57,988 bases of DNA. It comes from a virus. A model generated the notes under the pieces. That model was not told the origin of the DNA, did not search any database, and worked only from the letters and a program-made list of their open reading frames with translations. The stretch spans positions 1 through 57,988 of IMG/VR virus record IMGVR_UViG_3300031965_000033; one strand, 5' to 3'. The position numbers were made by a program, and so were the translations under genes. Positions 7,572 through 16,974 of this stretch are shown in pieces (position 1 is the first letter of the stretch; each line of letters begins with the position of its first letter).

Positions 7572-7934
7572 ATGAGCGCCGGAGCGCCATCACCCAAACG
7601 TCCTGTGCCCTACGGCCCGTGGATCGGTCAGTTTGTCTTGTCGACAATTCGATGCGCCATTGTTAGCATCGAATCCCCAATTGAATGCACCGCTCCGACG
7701 CCCACGGTGCTTGCTGCAAGGAGCATTCGAATGACCCCGCGCTCGTCGCTTTCGGGACACATCTTCTGCGTTGACGGCACGACGGCGGCGATTGCCGTGA
7801 CGGTTGCGGACCACCTGACGACGGTTCAGGTGGAGCGGGTGCCGGACGAGCCAACCCGCTCGATCCAGTCGGTCAGTCCCGAGGTGGCGGGGTTCGCGTT
7901 GAAGCTCATCGAGCTGCTTACGAGCGACGTCTAG
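7572..7934 (+). CDS. Hypothetical protein
   Basis: ATG 7572 lies downstream of the predicted promoter. GC-rich third positions favour this strand over the Arg-rich antisense ORF 7590..7955. Confidence 0.5.
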   Translation: MSAGAPSPKRPVPYGPWIGQFVLSTIRCAIVSIESPIECTAPTPTVLAARSIRMTPRSSLSGHIFCVDGTTAAIAVTVADHLTTVQVERVPDEPTRSIQSVSPEVAGFALKLIELLTSDV

Positions 7935-8301
7935 CACCTTCGGTCCACGTTTCAAACATGCGGATCAAGCCCTCGATTTGAATGGCGCTCATGGGCGTGC
8001 TGTCGATCGCGGCGTGCAACCGATGACGCGGGTCGTCGGGATCGATCGTGACGACGCCGGTGGCGGTGCCGAGTTCGTCGCGGGTGATCTCACCTGCGGC
8101 AACGAGTAGGTCGAGATGCGAGACGCCGAGCGAGTCAGCTAACCGGCGACGAAAGTCCGCGCCGGGCAACGCCACGCGCCCGCCTTCAATCTGCGCGATC
8201 CGCGCTCGACTGATGCCGGTTTCTTCTGACAGGCGCTCTTGAGTCCACCCCAAACGAGCCCTGCGCTTACGGATGAATTGTCCGATTCCAGACTCGCTCA
8301 T
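7918..8301 (-). CDS. CI-like repressor (XRE-family helix-turn-helix)
   Basis: FIRKRRARLGWTQERLSEETGISRARIAQIEGG HTH signature. Divergent from the early operon. Start taken at MSESGIG (8301) rather than 8337. Confidence 0.8.
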   Translation of the reverse strand: MSESGIGQFIRKRRARLGWTQERLSEETGISRARIAQIEGGRVALPGADFRRRLADSLGVSHLDLLVAAGEITRDELGTATGVVTIDPDDPRHRLHAAIDSTPMSAIQIEGLIRMFETWTEGARRRS

Positions 8302-8330
8302 TGTGAAAAACCTAACACAGTTACTACTAG

Positions 8331-8359
8331 TTGACACTAGAGTAGAGATGCGCTACACT
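8331..8359 (+). promoter_or_regulatory. Early rightward promoter TTGACA-17-TACACT
   Basis: ttgaca at 8331-8336 and tacact at 8354-8359 with an exact 17-nt spacer. ACTAG/CTAGT repeats overlap the -35. Confidence 0.6.
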
Positions 8360-8399
8360 GGCCGTAGTCAGTAGCAACCAACAACGAAAGAGGTCGTAC

Positions 8400-8600
8400 A
8401 TGGGTGACAGTCAAGGGCGGGTGTACGAGAAGCGGTCTGTCTCGTTTCACCCAGACCAGATCAAGGCGATCACAGAGATCGTCCGCACGGAAAAGCGGAT
8501 GACCTTTAGTGGCGTCGTCCAAGACGCGGTTGACGAGTTGATCGAGCGGCGCGAGCAAGTGGCCGAATCACGAGAAGAGCAGGAGGCAGCAGTCGTATGA
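8400..8600 (+). CDS. Cro-like / ribbon-helix-helix-type small regulator (putative)
   Basis: First gene of the rightward operon, opposite the repressor. RBS AGAGG. KRSVSFHPDQIKAI...VVQDAVDELIERR resembles RHH proteins (weak). Confidence 0.55.
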   Translation: MGDSQGRVYEKRSVSFHPDQIKAITEIVRTEKRMTFSGVVQDAVDELIERREQVAESREEQEAAVV

Positions 8601-8791
8601 CCGCCGAAGCTAAGGACCAGGCGGCACGAGCTGCCATCGCCGCGATGTTTTGCACGTCTGTCGATCGCGTCAAGGTCGATGACCCCTTAGTTATCAATAC
8701 CGCGCGATGGGAAAACTGGGTTTCGCTTGCGACCTTTCGCGCGATCGGTGACGCCATCGAAGCTGCGGTTGAAACGGCGGTGACTTCGTGA
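8597..8791 (+). CDS. Hypothetical protein
   Basis: ATGA start/stop overlap with the upstream gene; early operon. Confidence 0.55.
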   Translation: MTAEAKDQAARAAIAAMFCTSVDRVKVDDPLVINTARWENWVSLATFRAIGDAIEAAVETAVTS

Positions 8792-8976
8792 CCGGCCCAG
8801 AGTTGATCGCCCACGCCTGGCTCGAGCTTGCGGTCGGGGTATTCCAGGACAAGATCGCGGAGATGGAGCGCCGCGCCGGAGACGATACCGAGTACGCGAT
8901 GCCCGGTTCTGCCGATATCGCAGATCGCGCGGTAGGCGGGGAAGTGGACGAGATGGAGCAGGGAGAAGCAGCGTGA
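8788..8976 (+). CDS. Hypothetical protein
   Basis: GTGA overlap with the upstream gene; acidic 62-aa product. Confidence 0.5.
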   Translation: MTGPELIAHAWLELAVGVFQDKIAEMERRAGDDTEYAMPGSADIADRAVGGEVDEMEQGEAA

Positions 8977-9215
8977 CATTGATCAAACGACACCCCTTCA
9001 GTAATCAGCGCGAACTTAATACAAACGCCGCTCGTGAACGTGATAACTGGATTGAAACCGCCAATATTCACTGTAAAAACGAATTCTTCTGGCGGGGTCG
9101 ATGCAAAGAACGGTGCGCCAAAGACGGACACACAAACGTCGTGACTGGAGATGGTGCTGGGTTGTACTGCACCTGTTGCGGTGCAACGTCGGCGTTGGAA
9201 GGGGCGCTCTCATGA
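8973..9215 (+). CDS. Hypothetical protein
   Basis: GTGA overlap with the upstream gene; Cys-containing 80-aa product. Confidence 0.5.
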   Translation: MTLIKRHPFSNQRELNTNAARERDNWIETANIHCKNEFFWRGRCKERCAKDGHTNVVTGDGAGLYCTCCGATSALEGALS

Positions 9216-9688
9216 TCTCCACCAGCCACTTCGATCTCGACCACCCAGCGTTCGACCAACCCGCTCGCGGCTGGTCAGGGGATGCCACGGAGCAAGAGGC
9301 GCCGGCCGAGTTTGAGCAATGCCCCGACTGCATTGGAGTCGGCGAGGTCTACGCAGGATACGAGGATCAATTCCGAGTATGCGATCGCTGTCACGGGAAC
9401 GGATATCTGTCTGTGGCAGACGAGCCGGACGAGTTCGAGCGAGCGCAGTGGTTCGTTACTGACTCTGGTTCGCTTTGTATCCATTGCCCGTGCGGTGGAA
9501 ACACCGGCGACTACGACATCTGCGCTGGCTGCGGCCGGCAATGGGACATCCAAGTCATCGTTACAGAGATCACCAATGTCAAGGAGTTTGAGTCGGAACC
9601 TCGGGACGCGAGCGGTCGGGTGTATTGCCCAGACTGCATGGAGTTCGACGGTAATCATGCCGAATGGTGCATGCCGGGAGAGAGGTAG
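9212..9688 (+). CDS. Cys-rich zinc-finger protein (CxxCxGxG motifs)
   Basis: ATGA overlap (the ORF opens at 9101). Motifs CPDCIGVG and CDRCHGNG, plus further CxxC pairs. Confidence 0.65.
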   Translation: MISTSHFDLDHPAFDQPARGWSGDATEQEAPAEFEQCPDCIGVGEVYAGYEDQFRVCDRCHGNGYLSVADEPDEFERAQWFVTDSGSLCIHCPCGGNTGDYDICAGCGRQWDIQVIVTEITNVKEFESEPRDASGRVYCPDCMEFDGNHAEWCMPGER

Positions 9689-9691
9689 ATC

Positions 9692-9925
9692 ATGGCTATG
9701 AACCCCAATCACCGATTCGCCATTCTCGATGCCTCTAAAGGATCTAGGTTGATTGAGACGCACCCCACTTTGGGACGGGCGCTCAACCGGGCGGACTACC
9801 TGACGCGAGCACGGAAAGCGCCGATCGAAGTCAAGGACCGTGAGCAGAAAAATACCCACGGTAAATCCGTGTGTATCTATCGGACGGTGGGGATGTCTGA
9901 CGCTGGAATTCGCGAAATAGCCTAG
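9692..9925 (+). CDS. Hypothetical protein
   Basis: GAGAGG RBS; 77-aa ORF. Confidence 0.6.
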   Translation: MAMNPNHRFAILDASKGSRLIETHPTLGRALNRADYLTRARKAPIEVKDREQKNTHGKSVCIYRTVGMSDAGIREIA

Positions 9926-9934
9926 GAGTCTCCA

Positions 9935-10093
9935 ATGGAGCAATTCATCCTCGCGGCTCTTTTGAAGCGCATAGTGGACCTGATGGCCCGACAGGAGGCC
10001 GGGGAGCTGGTTGACGTGCGTGTGATCCAACTTGTGGCGAAGCAGATCGATTGGACGGCTGAGATTGTGCGGTTGCAAGTGGAGGGGAGTTGA
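9935..10093 (+). CDS. Hypothetical protein (52 aa, below the ORF-track cutoff)
   Basis: AGGAG lies 6 nt upstream of ATG 9935. Reads MEQFILAALLKRIVDLMARQEAGE... through to TGA at 10091-10093. Confidence 0.45.
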   Translation: MEQFILAALLKRIVDLMARQEAGELVDVRVIQLVAKQIDWTAEIVRLQVEGS

Positions 10094-10094
10094 G

Positions 10095-10238
10095 GTGTAC
10101 GACGACCAATACGGAGACGAGCTGAAGTACCCGCCGCACCCGGACCCTGGATTTTTGATCGGTGCTCTCAACGCGGTCCTGTTCGCCTTCGCGCTCATCG
10201 GCATCGTGATCCTCATCGTCAATTTCCTTGTCTCATGA
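10095..10238 (+). CDS. Small membrane protein (47 aa)
   Basis: GTG 10095 after GGAGGGGAG. C-terminal TM helix FLIGALNAVLFAFALIGIVILIVNFLV. The stop overlaps the next gene (ATGA). Confidence 0.45.
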   Translation: MYDDQYGDELKYPPHPDPGFLIGALNAVLFAFALIGIVILIVNFLVS

Positions 10239-10969
10239 GCACACCTGTGAAGTTCTACGAACGTGACGGGATCACGATCTACCACGGCGATGCGAGAGAC
10301 ATTCTGCCCACGATTGCGCCGGGTTCGGTGGACTTAGTGCTGACCGATCCGCCGTACCAGAGCCTTGACGTCGAAGTGACGGTCGGCACCACTACGCGGC
10401 TAGTTGGTCTCGACCAACTAGCCGGTAAGCGATTGGCCGCACTCGGAGGGCGAGCGTGGTTTGAGACGTTGCCAGCCGCCGACATCATTGCGGCTATCCA
10501 GTTTGGGCAATCGCTTCTCAAGCCAACAGGGGCCACGTATGTCTTTGCAGATGTAAAGAGCGGGCTGGAACTTTTCCCACTCTTGGATCCAGCGAATGTC
10601 ATCGTATGGGACAAACTTAAACTCGGCATGGGGTACAACTGGCGACGAATGCACGAATGGATCGCATTCATACCCCAGCCGGACCACAAACTGAGAAACC
10701 AAGGGCGCGGCGACATCATCCGGTGCAACGGCGTCGGTGAAAAGTCGCACCCGACTGAGAAGCCTACCGGCGTGCTCCAGTCTCTCATTCTCAATTCAAC
10801 CGACAAAGACGACCTCATTATCAATCCCTTCATGGGCACCGGCTCCTTATTGGTTGCGGCGTCCAAACTCGGACGCCGCGCTATCGGTATCGACATCAAC
10901 GAGGACTACTGCATCACGGCCTACAAACGCCTGCAACAAACGGCGATGAATCTAGAGATACCAGCATGA
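10235..10969 (+). CDS. DNA N6-adenine-type methyltransferase (DPPY, beta-class order)
   Basis: LVLTDPPYQS (motif IV), HPTEKP, and INPFMGTGS...GIDIN (motif I). Confidence 0.9.
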   Translation: MSTPVKFYERDGITIYHGDARDILPTIAPGSVDLVLTDPPYQSLDVEVTVGTTTRLVGLDQLAGKRLAALGGRAWFETLPAADIIAAIQFGQSLLKPTGATYVFADVKSGLELFPLLDPANVIVWDKLKLGMGYNWRRMHEWIAFIPQPDHKLRNQGRGDIIRCNGVGEKSHPTEKPTGVLQSLILNSTDKDDLIINPFMGTGSLLVAASKLGRRAIGIDINEDYCITAYKRLQQTAMNLEIPA

Positions 10970-11679
10970 CTCTTTCACCCGGTTGCATCGTGAGCCTCGA
11001 CGATCGCGGCGCTCACACAACCACGGACGCTACCGGCACGTTGCCGGTGCGTTCCGGAGACGGCTGGGCCAGTGGCACCCTGCACTGCCATCCCTCCTGG
11101 CTGAGCCGTCCCCAGAGCGTTCGTCAAGCGCTCGGTCCGGTTGCGATCCTGGATGGTCCAGGTGGACGGCGGGGCGGTCAACGTGGAATCCACTTGCGAA
11201 GGATGGTGAGCGTCGTCCGAGGCATTGAATTGTGTCGGATGTCTAGCCACAAGTTCGTATTGCAGCGGCGCCGGGTGACAACTGGATACCCGGCGCCAAT
11301 ACCACTCAATTGGTCACGGGCTATGGCAATTGTTCATGGTCCGAGCATAGCAACGGGGGTGTCCCAATGCTGGAATCAATTAACAACAGAGGGAGTGAAC
11401 GTGATGAGTATGAAACCTACGTTGGCGAAAACAGCGGTGGTCCATGGAGATCGTGCGTTGCACGTATTTCGCGACGCGATAGCCGACGGCGTGATCGATG
11501 CCGACGACCTGCGGGCGATCGGTTCCGCACTTGGCGACTGGCATGCCGTGGCGCGAGCCACCTACGTCGCTCAGGCGCTGGGAGACGCGCTCGAGCGGGG
11601 TATTGAGGATGAGGTGTACACGCGGCGACTGGTCAACGCCTACCGGGCGGAGATCGACGAACTTCCGGCAACAGCCTAA
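10966..11679 (+). CDS. Hypothetical protein (start uncertain; alternative start 11404)
   Basis: ATGA overlap with the methyltransferase. The C-terminal 90 aa look clearly coding; the middle section (about 11150-11400) has poor coding character. Confidence 0.45.
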   Translation: MTLSPGCIVSLDDRGAHTTTDATGTLPVRSGDGWASGTLHCHPSWLSRPQSVRQALGPVAILDGPGGRRGGQRGIHLRRMVSVVRGIELCRMSSHKFVLQRRRVTTGYPAPIPLNWSRAMAIVHGPSIATGVSQCWNQLTTEGVNVMSMKPTLAKTAVVHGDRALHVFRDAIADGVIDADDLRAIGSALGDWHAVARATYVAQALGDALERGIEDEVYTRRLVNAYRAEIDELPATA

Positions 11680-11760
11680 GAAAAAGGGCTCGGATCGCGC
11701 AAACGACCCGAACCCTCCGACCTGCCAAAGGCAAGCCCGAACACAGAAAAGGATACACCA

Positions 11761-11982
11761 ATGAACGAGCAAACCGAAACCAAACCAACGATGCGCATTC
11801 GGATTCAACACAGTCACACATTGAAGGACGGCTGGCGATGCGCTGAAACCACAGTCGAGTGGAGTGGACCAGCGGACTCCCCGTACCCGCGAAGTGATGT
11901 CATGGCGCGGGAGATGGAGTCCGCGCATACCCAAGGTCTCACAGAGGCCATGCGCCGCAATGCGGTCGAGGCGGCGTTATGA
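11761..11982 (+). CDS. Hypothetical protein
   Basis: 73-aa ORF with AAAAGGA upstream. Confidence 0.55.
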   Translation: MNEQTETKPTMRIRIQHSHTLKDGWRCAETTVEWSGPADSPYPRSDVMAREMESAHTQGLTEAMRRNAVEAAL

Positions 11983-12221
11983 GCGACACACCGAAACCAG
12001 TAAGCCCGTTCGAAAACCGGCCACTGATCTGCTCGACGCGGGTCGAGGATGCGGACCCGGACGATCCCCATTGCGAGGGGACGGTGATCATCGTGCTGCG
12101 CATCCCCGCATCGGAACTGCCGGAGATGGTCACGCTCACCTCGATCTCCAACGCTGAATCGTGGCGGTTGATTGACTCAATCAAGGGGCGGCGAGGGCAG
12201 CTAGCGGGGTGGGGCAGATGA
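11979..12221 (+). CDS. Hypothetical protein
   Basis: ATGA overlap with the upstream gene. Confidence 0.55.
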   Translation: MSDTPKPVSPFENRPLICSTRVEDADPDDPHCEGTVIIVLRIPASELPEMVTLTSISNAESWRLIDSIKGRRGQLAGWGR

Positions 12222-12559
12222 CCATGGACATGCAGCGCGCAACTTCAATGGCGGCTGATTGCGAGAACAACGGATGGACCGAGCACGCGAAGTTGTACCG
12301 GCTTCAAGGCGAAAACGATACCGTGCAGCGTTTTCTCGATTGGTTGTTGGATGAAAAGGGGTACTCGCTCATGGCCTGGCGGGAGAAACAAGGCGACCTC
12401 AACGATCTGAACTCACCCTACGAACCCGCTGGATGGAAGTTGATGCCAGAGAGCCGTGAACAACTCATGGCGCAGTTCTTCGACGTTGACCTCTCCAAAC
12501 TCAGCAACGAGAAGCAGGCGATGTACGACCTACTCGTTGCGTCGAAGGCCGCGTCATGA
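12218..12559 (+). CDS. Hypothetical protein
   Basis: ATGA overlap at 12218 (the ORF opens at 12209). Confidence 0.6.
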   Translation: MTMDMQRATSMAADCENNGWTEHAKLYRLQGENDTVQRFLDWLLDEKGYSLMAWREKQGDLNDLNSPYEPAGWKLMPESREQLMAQFFDVDLSKLSNEKQAMYDLLVASKAAS

Positions 12560-12996
12560 CGACCCCCACAACGCCCCCCGGCGAGCAGACTGGTATGACA
12601 ACTGATCAATTGGCTTCGCTTGCGGAGTCGCTATCTATTGCCAACCAGCCCGACACGATGGGTCCGTTCCGCTTTTGGCACGAGCACAGTCCACACGAAA
12701 AACAACGATGGCTACACATGGTCGAGGTCGGGGTGTGCGGCTGGCTAGAAGAGCACTCGATGATTATCGCCCCCGCCGCATCGGTGATCGGTCCCGACCA
12801 GCGGGCGGCGCTGGGGCGGTTACTGGAAGTCCACGATGCCGAACGAGCTGTACCCGCCGTTAGAAGGAAGGCCGGAGCGTACTCTCCGGATCTGGCGGCT
12901 GCTTTCCACCGACTAGGAAACGCCAAGTCATCCGTCACCACCGCCGATCTAGCGCTCCTCCGGGACCTCGCGGCAGGGGGTGGGGGAGATGAGTGA
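12556..12996 (+). CDS. Hypothetical protein
   Basis: ATGA overlap with the upstream gene. Confidence 0.6.
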   Translation: MTTPTTPPGEQTGMTTDQLASLAESLSIANQPDTMGPFRFWHEHSPHEKQRWLHMVEVGVCGWLEEHSMIIAPAASVIGPDQRAALGRLLEVHDAERAVPAVRRKAGAYSPDLAAAFHRLGNAKSSVTTADLALLRDLAAGGGGDE

Positions 12997-13582
12997 GCGA
13001 GACACGGACTTCAATAGGCGAATCTCTCAACTTGAATACGGATTGACACCGGTGATGAGGGCGATGAACGCAACAGAAAACGCGCTCTTGGCCCGCATCG
13101 CCGCGCTCGAAAAGGACGCGACGGATGTTGCAGTACTGACGAATCAACTTGGTGAACTCGCAATAGCAGTTAATCGGCACAGCACGTTTCACGACCGGAT
13201 CGTCAAACTCGAATCCGCGGCCACGGGTGGGGTGGAGACGGCGCATAGATATGACCCGTCGGCGTTGTGTAAGAACTGCAATCACCGGCTTGACGACCAC
13301 CCCGGCAATGTCGACACCGGACATGCGCGGTGCCAGGTGCTGACGTGCTCGTGTCTCAACTATAGCTATCCATCCACGCCCGAGCCTCGGGTGACGCCTG
13401 CGGACGAGTTGTCTGTCCCAATGGTTCCTTGGGATCACGTCAATCGTCACCAGATTTGGTGTGTCATCCGCGATGTTGTTCTAGAGACGTATCGCAAGGA
13501 AACGCGAATGGATACCTCGGTCACCGCGCGTACGGAAAACGCGATCGACCGCATTGAGCGCATTCTCGGAGTCACATCATGA
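12989..13582 (+). CDS. Hypothetical protein (coiled-coil N-terminus, Cys/His cluster)
   Basis: ATG 12989 (the ORF opens at 12980). Contains CKNCNHRLDDH...HARCQVLTCSC. Confidence 0.6.
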   Translation: MSERDTDFNRRISQLEYGLTPVMRAMNATENALLARIAALEKDATDVAVLTNQLGELAIAVNRHSTFHDRIVKLESAATGGVETAHRYDPSALCKNCNHRLDDHPGNVDTGHARCQVLTCSCLNYSYPSTPEPRVTPADELSVPMVPWDHVNRHQIWCVIRDVVLETYRKETRMDTSVTARTENAIDRIERILGVTS

Positions 13583-13709
13583 AACCGCGCAACAGTGAAC
13601 GGTGCCTACTACATCAGGTCAACCGTCGCCGGTTCGGGGTGGTGGCGCGGGTGCGGCGGTGGTGGAGTGCGTTGGATGTCGTGCGGGTCATTGGTGGAGG
13701 GATACGGAT

Positions 13710-14045
13710 GTGAGCGATGAACAGGCAAAGCAGTTACGCGGTTGGTCCCAGGCGATCGGGCTTAGTAATCCAACACAGGGATGGGATGACATCTCGGAAC
13801 CGCGTCGGGATCAATGGAGGCGTTTTACCCGCCACATGCACGAGGACGGTGTTCGCATCATCTCCGTCGACGATCTCAAGGTCGTTCTGCGATTGGCGGA
13901 TTACATCGTTCCGGCAAGTGAGATGAATCAATTCGACCCCAAAGAACAAGATGTCATTGATCGCATACAGGCCCTCATCGCCCCCGCCCCCCGGCACGCG
14001 CCGGAGACAGATGGAGAAAAGGAGGCAGCGCCATCGAGCAGATGA
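13710..14045 (+). CDS. Hypothetical protein
   Basis: GTG 13710 lies 7 nt after GGAGGG. The upstream part of ORF 13602.. is Gly/Arg-rich and unlikely to be translated. Confidence 0.5.
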   Translation: MSDEQAKQLRGWSQAIGLSNPTQGWDDISEPRRDQWRRFTRHMHEDGVRIISVDDLKVVLRLADYIVPASEMNQFDPKEQDVIDRIQALIAPAPRHAPETDGEKEAAPSSR

Positions 14046-14165
14046 CCAAGGGGCCGTGAGTGGAGGTGGCGATCATTGGGTAAGCGCCTGATCAATCTCA
14101 ATCGGAACACGGTTGCGAACGACGAACGGTTGACGGTTACGAAGACGAAACGGAGACGTAAGCAC

Positions 14166-14666
14166 ATGACATCTTCAGTGCAATTAGGTCAGTACAGCGA
14201 AAAGATCCGGCCGGCGTACACGCCTCCGCCCGAGGATCGGTACGTGCTCAAACTTGACGATTGGGACGAGCCAAAACGGTCTGCGTATGCGGACGACGAA
14301 ACGGGCGAGTATCCGCTTCGGATCAATCTCAAGTTCAAGGTGGTCAAAGACATCGCGGGCGATGACGAGTTCGCCGGCAAGGATGTCAACAAGTGGGTCG
14401 GCCTGGATCTTAATCCGAACGACAAGGGGTCCATCTGGCACGTCCTATGTGCCCTCGATCCCGAAAACGAGCCGGAGCCTGAATCGCAGATCGAGTCGTA
14501 TCGCGGGAAGTTGCTGATCGGTGACGTCGAGCACAACACCAAGGCAAACAAGCAGGGTGTGATGACAACGTACGCCAACGTCGGAAAGGTCCGGGCAAAC
14601 AAGAAGCCAAAGGCCGGCGTGACTTCCGGGAAGAATCCTCTCTTGAATAAAGACGACGACGAATAG
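14166..14666 (+). CDS. Hypothetical protein, possible ssDNA-binding protein
   Basis: ATG 14166 (the ORF opens at TTG 14076). Acidic C-terminal tail NKDDDE and a position just upstream of the primase resemble phage SSB/DUF669-type proteins (recalled from memory, weak). Confidence 0.45.
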   Translation: MTSSVQLGQYSEKIRPAYTPPPEDRYVLKLDDWDEPKRSAYADDETGEYPLRINLKFKVVKDIAGDDEFAGKDVNKWVGLDLNPNDKGSIWHVLCALDPENEPEPESQIESYRGKLLIGDVEHNTKANKQGVMTTYANVGKVRANKKPKAGVTSGKNPLLNKDDDE

Positions 14667-14748
14667 GTTGTCGTTCTGATCCGTGCGCCTGCTTCTGTGG
14701 GCGCACCAATCAGGACGGTGGTCTGTTGTCGTTCGTGTTGGGTGGTGA

Positions 14749-16974
14749 ATGAGCACACTATTTCAGTCGGCGCTTGCCGCACACGACGCTGGACTTTCGG
14801 TCGTTCCGATCATGAACGATGGCACCAAGCGCCCACCGTTCAAGTGGGGCGAGTACCAGACCGAACAGGCTGACATTGCGCTTGTGCGGACATGGTTCAA
14901 ACGCGGCGCGTACACCGGGTTCGCTTTGATCTGCGGTCCGGTTTCGAACAACCTCGAAGTGCTTGATTTTGACGATGCCGACACGTACGAGATGTTCTGC
15001 GACACCGCGGAGAGCCTCGGGTTAGACGATCTGGTCGACCGTCTTCGTGCTGGGTACGCGGAGCGGACTCCTTCGGGCGGTGTGCATCTTCCGTACTACT
15101 GCGAAACGATCTCGGGCAACACCAAGTTAGCGCGGCGCTCGGATAAAGAGGTTCTGATCGAGACACGCGGAATTGGCGGGTACTTCATCGCGGCGCCGTC
15201 CAACGGCTCGGTTCACCCGAACGGCGGCGCGTGGACGATCATCTCGGGCGGGCTGGATTCAATCGCCACTATTACCGCCGAAGAACGCGAACTCCTATTC
15301 CAACTGGCTCGATCGTTCGACCAGGTGCCTCCGGTGGACGCGCAGGATGATCCACGAGCGTCGACAACGCTCGTGGGTGGCCTACGTCCAGGTGACGACT
15401 TCAAGCAGCAACATGGGAGCGTTGGATCGTTTGCGTCGATCGTCGAGCCGCACGGGTGGAAGCTCACGCACCGGCGCGGCAACGTCGGGTACTTCCGGCG
15501 TCCGGGAAAAGACGACGGTTGGTCGGCCACGTTCAACCATGCGGACTCGGGTTTGTTCTACGTGTTTTCGAGTTCGACCGATTTCGAGGCTGAGCGGGGA
15601 TACAACCCGTTCAGTGTGTACGCGCTGCTCAACCACAAGGGAGATTTTAGGGAAGCGGCAACGGAGCTCGTCAAGAAGGGGTACGGGAAAAAGGCGTCCG
15701 TTAGTCTCGGGTCAGTCAAGGTTGGGAAGAAAACCGAAAAACAGCAGTCTCATTTGGCTGCTTTTAGGCCGACCGAACTTCCAGCGGAATCCGTGTATGG
15801 ATGGTTCGCGGAGTATTTGGATCATGTGGAGCCGACCACGGAATCCCCAAACTCGTTCCATATGGCCGCTGCGCTAACCATTGTTGGGGCGTGTATTGGT
15901 AAGCGCGTCGGACTGTTTCACGCTTCTGATCGGCTCTATCCGAACTTCTACACGCTTCTCATTGGGCCTTCGGGACGGTCACGCAAAGACACCGCGATCC
16001 GGCGGATGCTCGATATGTTTTATGCCATTCCGCCCAGGGGAGAACCGTTGATCGCGACACAGGTTCCGTTCCGAGTTGTACGTGATATCAGTTCTGCGGA
16101 AGGGCTAATCGCCACGGTCAAAGAGAATGCGAACACGGTGTTTTATACGTCTGAGTTTGCGAAGCTGATGAATAACGCGGGGCGTGAGAGTACGCGGAGT
16201 ATCGGACCGTTGATGATCGAAGCGTTCGATTGTCCTCCTTCTCTTCAGAACAATACCGTTGCCAGCATTGAGGACAAGAAGCCGAGGGAGGCGAAGGACC
16301 CGTTTGTTTCCGTTCTGTCTACGGTGCAGCCGGAAATCTTAGCGGAAGTGATTGGATCGCAGCAGCAATACAGCGGCTTCCTTAATAGATGGCTTCTCGT
16401 CGTGGGAGACGGGAAGGCCCCGAGGCCGAATCCTCCGCGGATCGATACCGATCGGTCATGGCGTCTTATTAGGCGTTTGATCGATACCATTCGCAGTTAT
16501 CCAGAAAATCACATCCTTGAATTCGATGATGACGCTGCGGACCGATGGTCAGAGTGGTACGTCGATTCTTATCCGACTGGGAATGAGTCAGCGCAAGAGG
16601 ACGCGATGGGAATCCGGCGCGGGACGATGGTGAAAAAGATTGCCCTCGTTCATGCGGTAACGGATTCGTCGAAGGTCGTCACACTGGATCACCTGAATCG
16701 CGGTATCGCATTTTCTGATTGGTCATGGCAGCACACGAAGCGTCTCCTTCCGATGTGGGGCGAAACCAAACATGCCGAGTTGGAGAGGAAGATTCTAGAG
16801 AATCTTACGGCAATCGGAAGTCCGACGAGGAAGCGAGAGATGCAGCGCAAAGTTGCGAGCAAATTGGGGCCAGGCGTGTTTGCCGGAATCGTCAAATCGA
16901 TGGTCGAAAACGACGATATCGTGGTGTTAGAGAACGGAACAATCGCGTTAAAGGAATGGATCGAACATGGCTGA
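14749..16974 (+). CDS. Bifunctional primase-polymerase (Prim-Pol) fused to a P-loop helicase-like domain
   Basis: N-terminus: AGLSVVPI..KRPPFKWGEYQ, LEVLDFDD (DxD), TPSGGVHLPYY. C-terminus: Walker A LIGPSGRSRKDT (DUF3987-like). Confidence 0.85.
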   Translation: MSTLFQSALAAHDAGLSVVPIMNDGTKRPPFKWGEYQTEQADIALVRTWFKRGAYTGFALICGPVSNNLEVLDFDDADTYEMFCDTAESLGLDDLVDRLRAGYAERTPSGGVHLPYYCETISGNTKLARRSDKEVLIETRGIGGYFIAAPSNGSVHPNGGAWTIISGGLDSIATITAEERELLFQLARSFDQVPPVDAQDDPRASTTLVGGLRPGDDFKQQHGSVGSFASIVEPHGWKLTHRRGNVGYFRRPGKDDGWSATFNHADSGLFYVFSSSTDFEAERGYNPFSVYALLNHKGDFREAATELVKKGYGKKASVSLGSVKVGKKTEKQQSHLAAFRPTELPAESVYGWFAEYLDHVEPTTESPNSFHMAAALTIVGACIGKRVGLFHASDRLYPNFYTLLIGPSGRSRKDTAIRRMLDMFYAIPPRGEPLIATQVPFRVVRDISSAEGLIATVKENANTVFYTSEFAKLMNNAGRESTRSIGPLMIEAFDCPPSLQNNTVASIEDKKPREAKDPFVSVLSTVQPEILAEVIGSQQQYSGFLNRWLLVVGDGKAPRPNPPRIDTDRSWRLIRRLIDTIRSYPENHILEFDDDAADRWSEWYVDSYPTGNESAQEDAMGIRRGTMVKKIALVHAVTDSSKVVTLDHLNRGIAFSDWSWQHTKRLLPMWGETKHAELERKILENLTAIGSPTRKREMQRKVASKLGPGVFAGIVKSMVENDDIVVLENGTIALKEWIEHG

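Noticed and set aside
7590-7955. 121-aa minus-strand ORF between the methyltransferase and repressor
   Set aside because: The product is Arg-rich and nonsense-like. The opposite strand has better third-position GC bias, a predicted promoter (7514-7542) and a plausible start at 7572.
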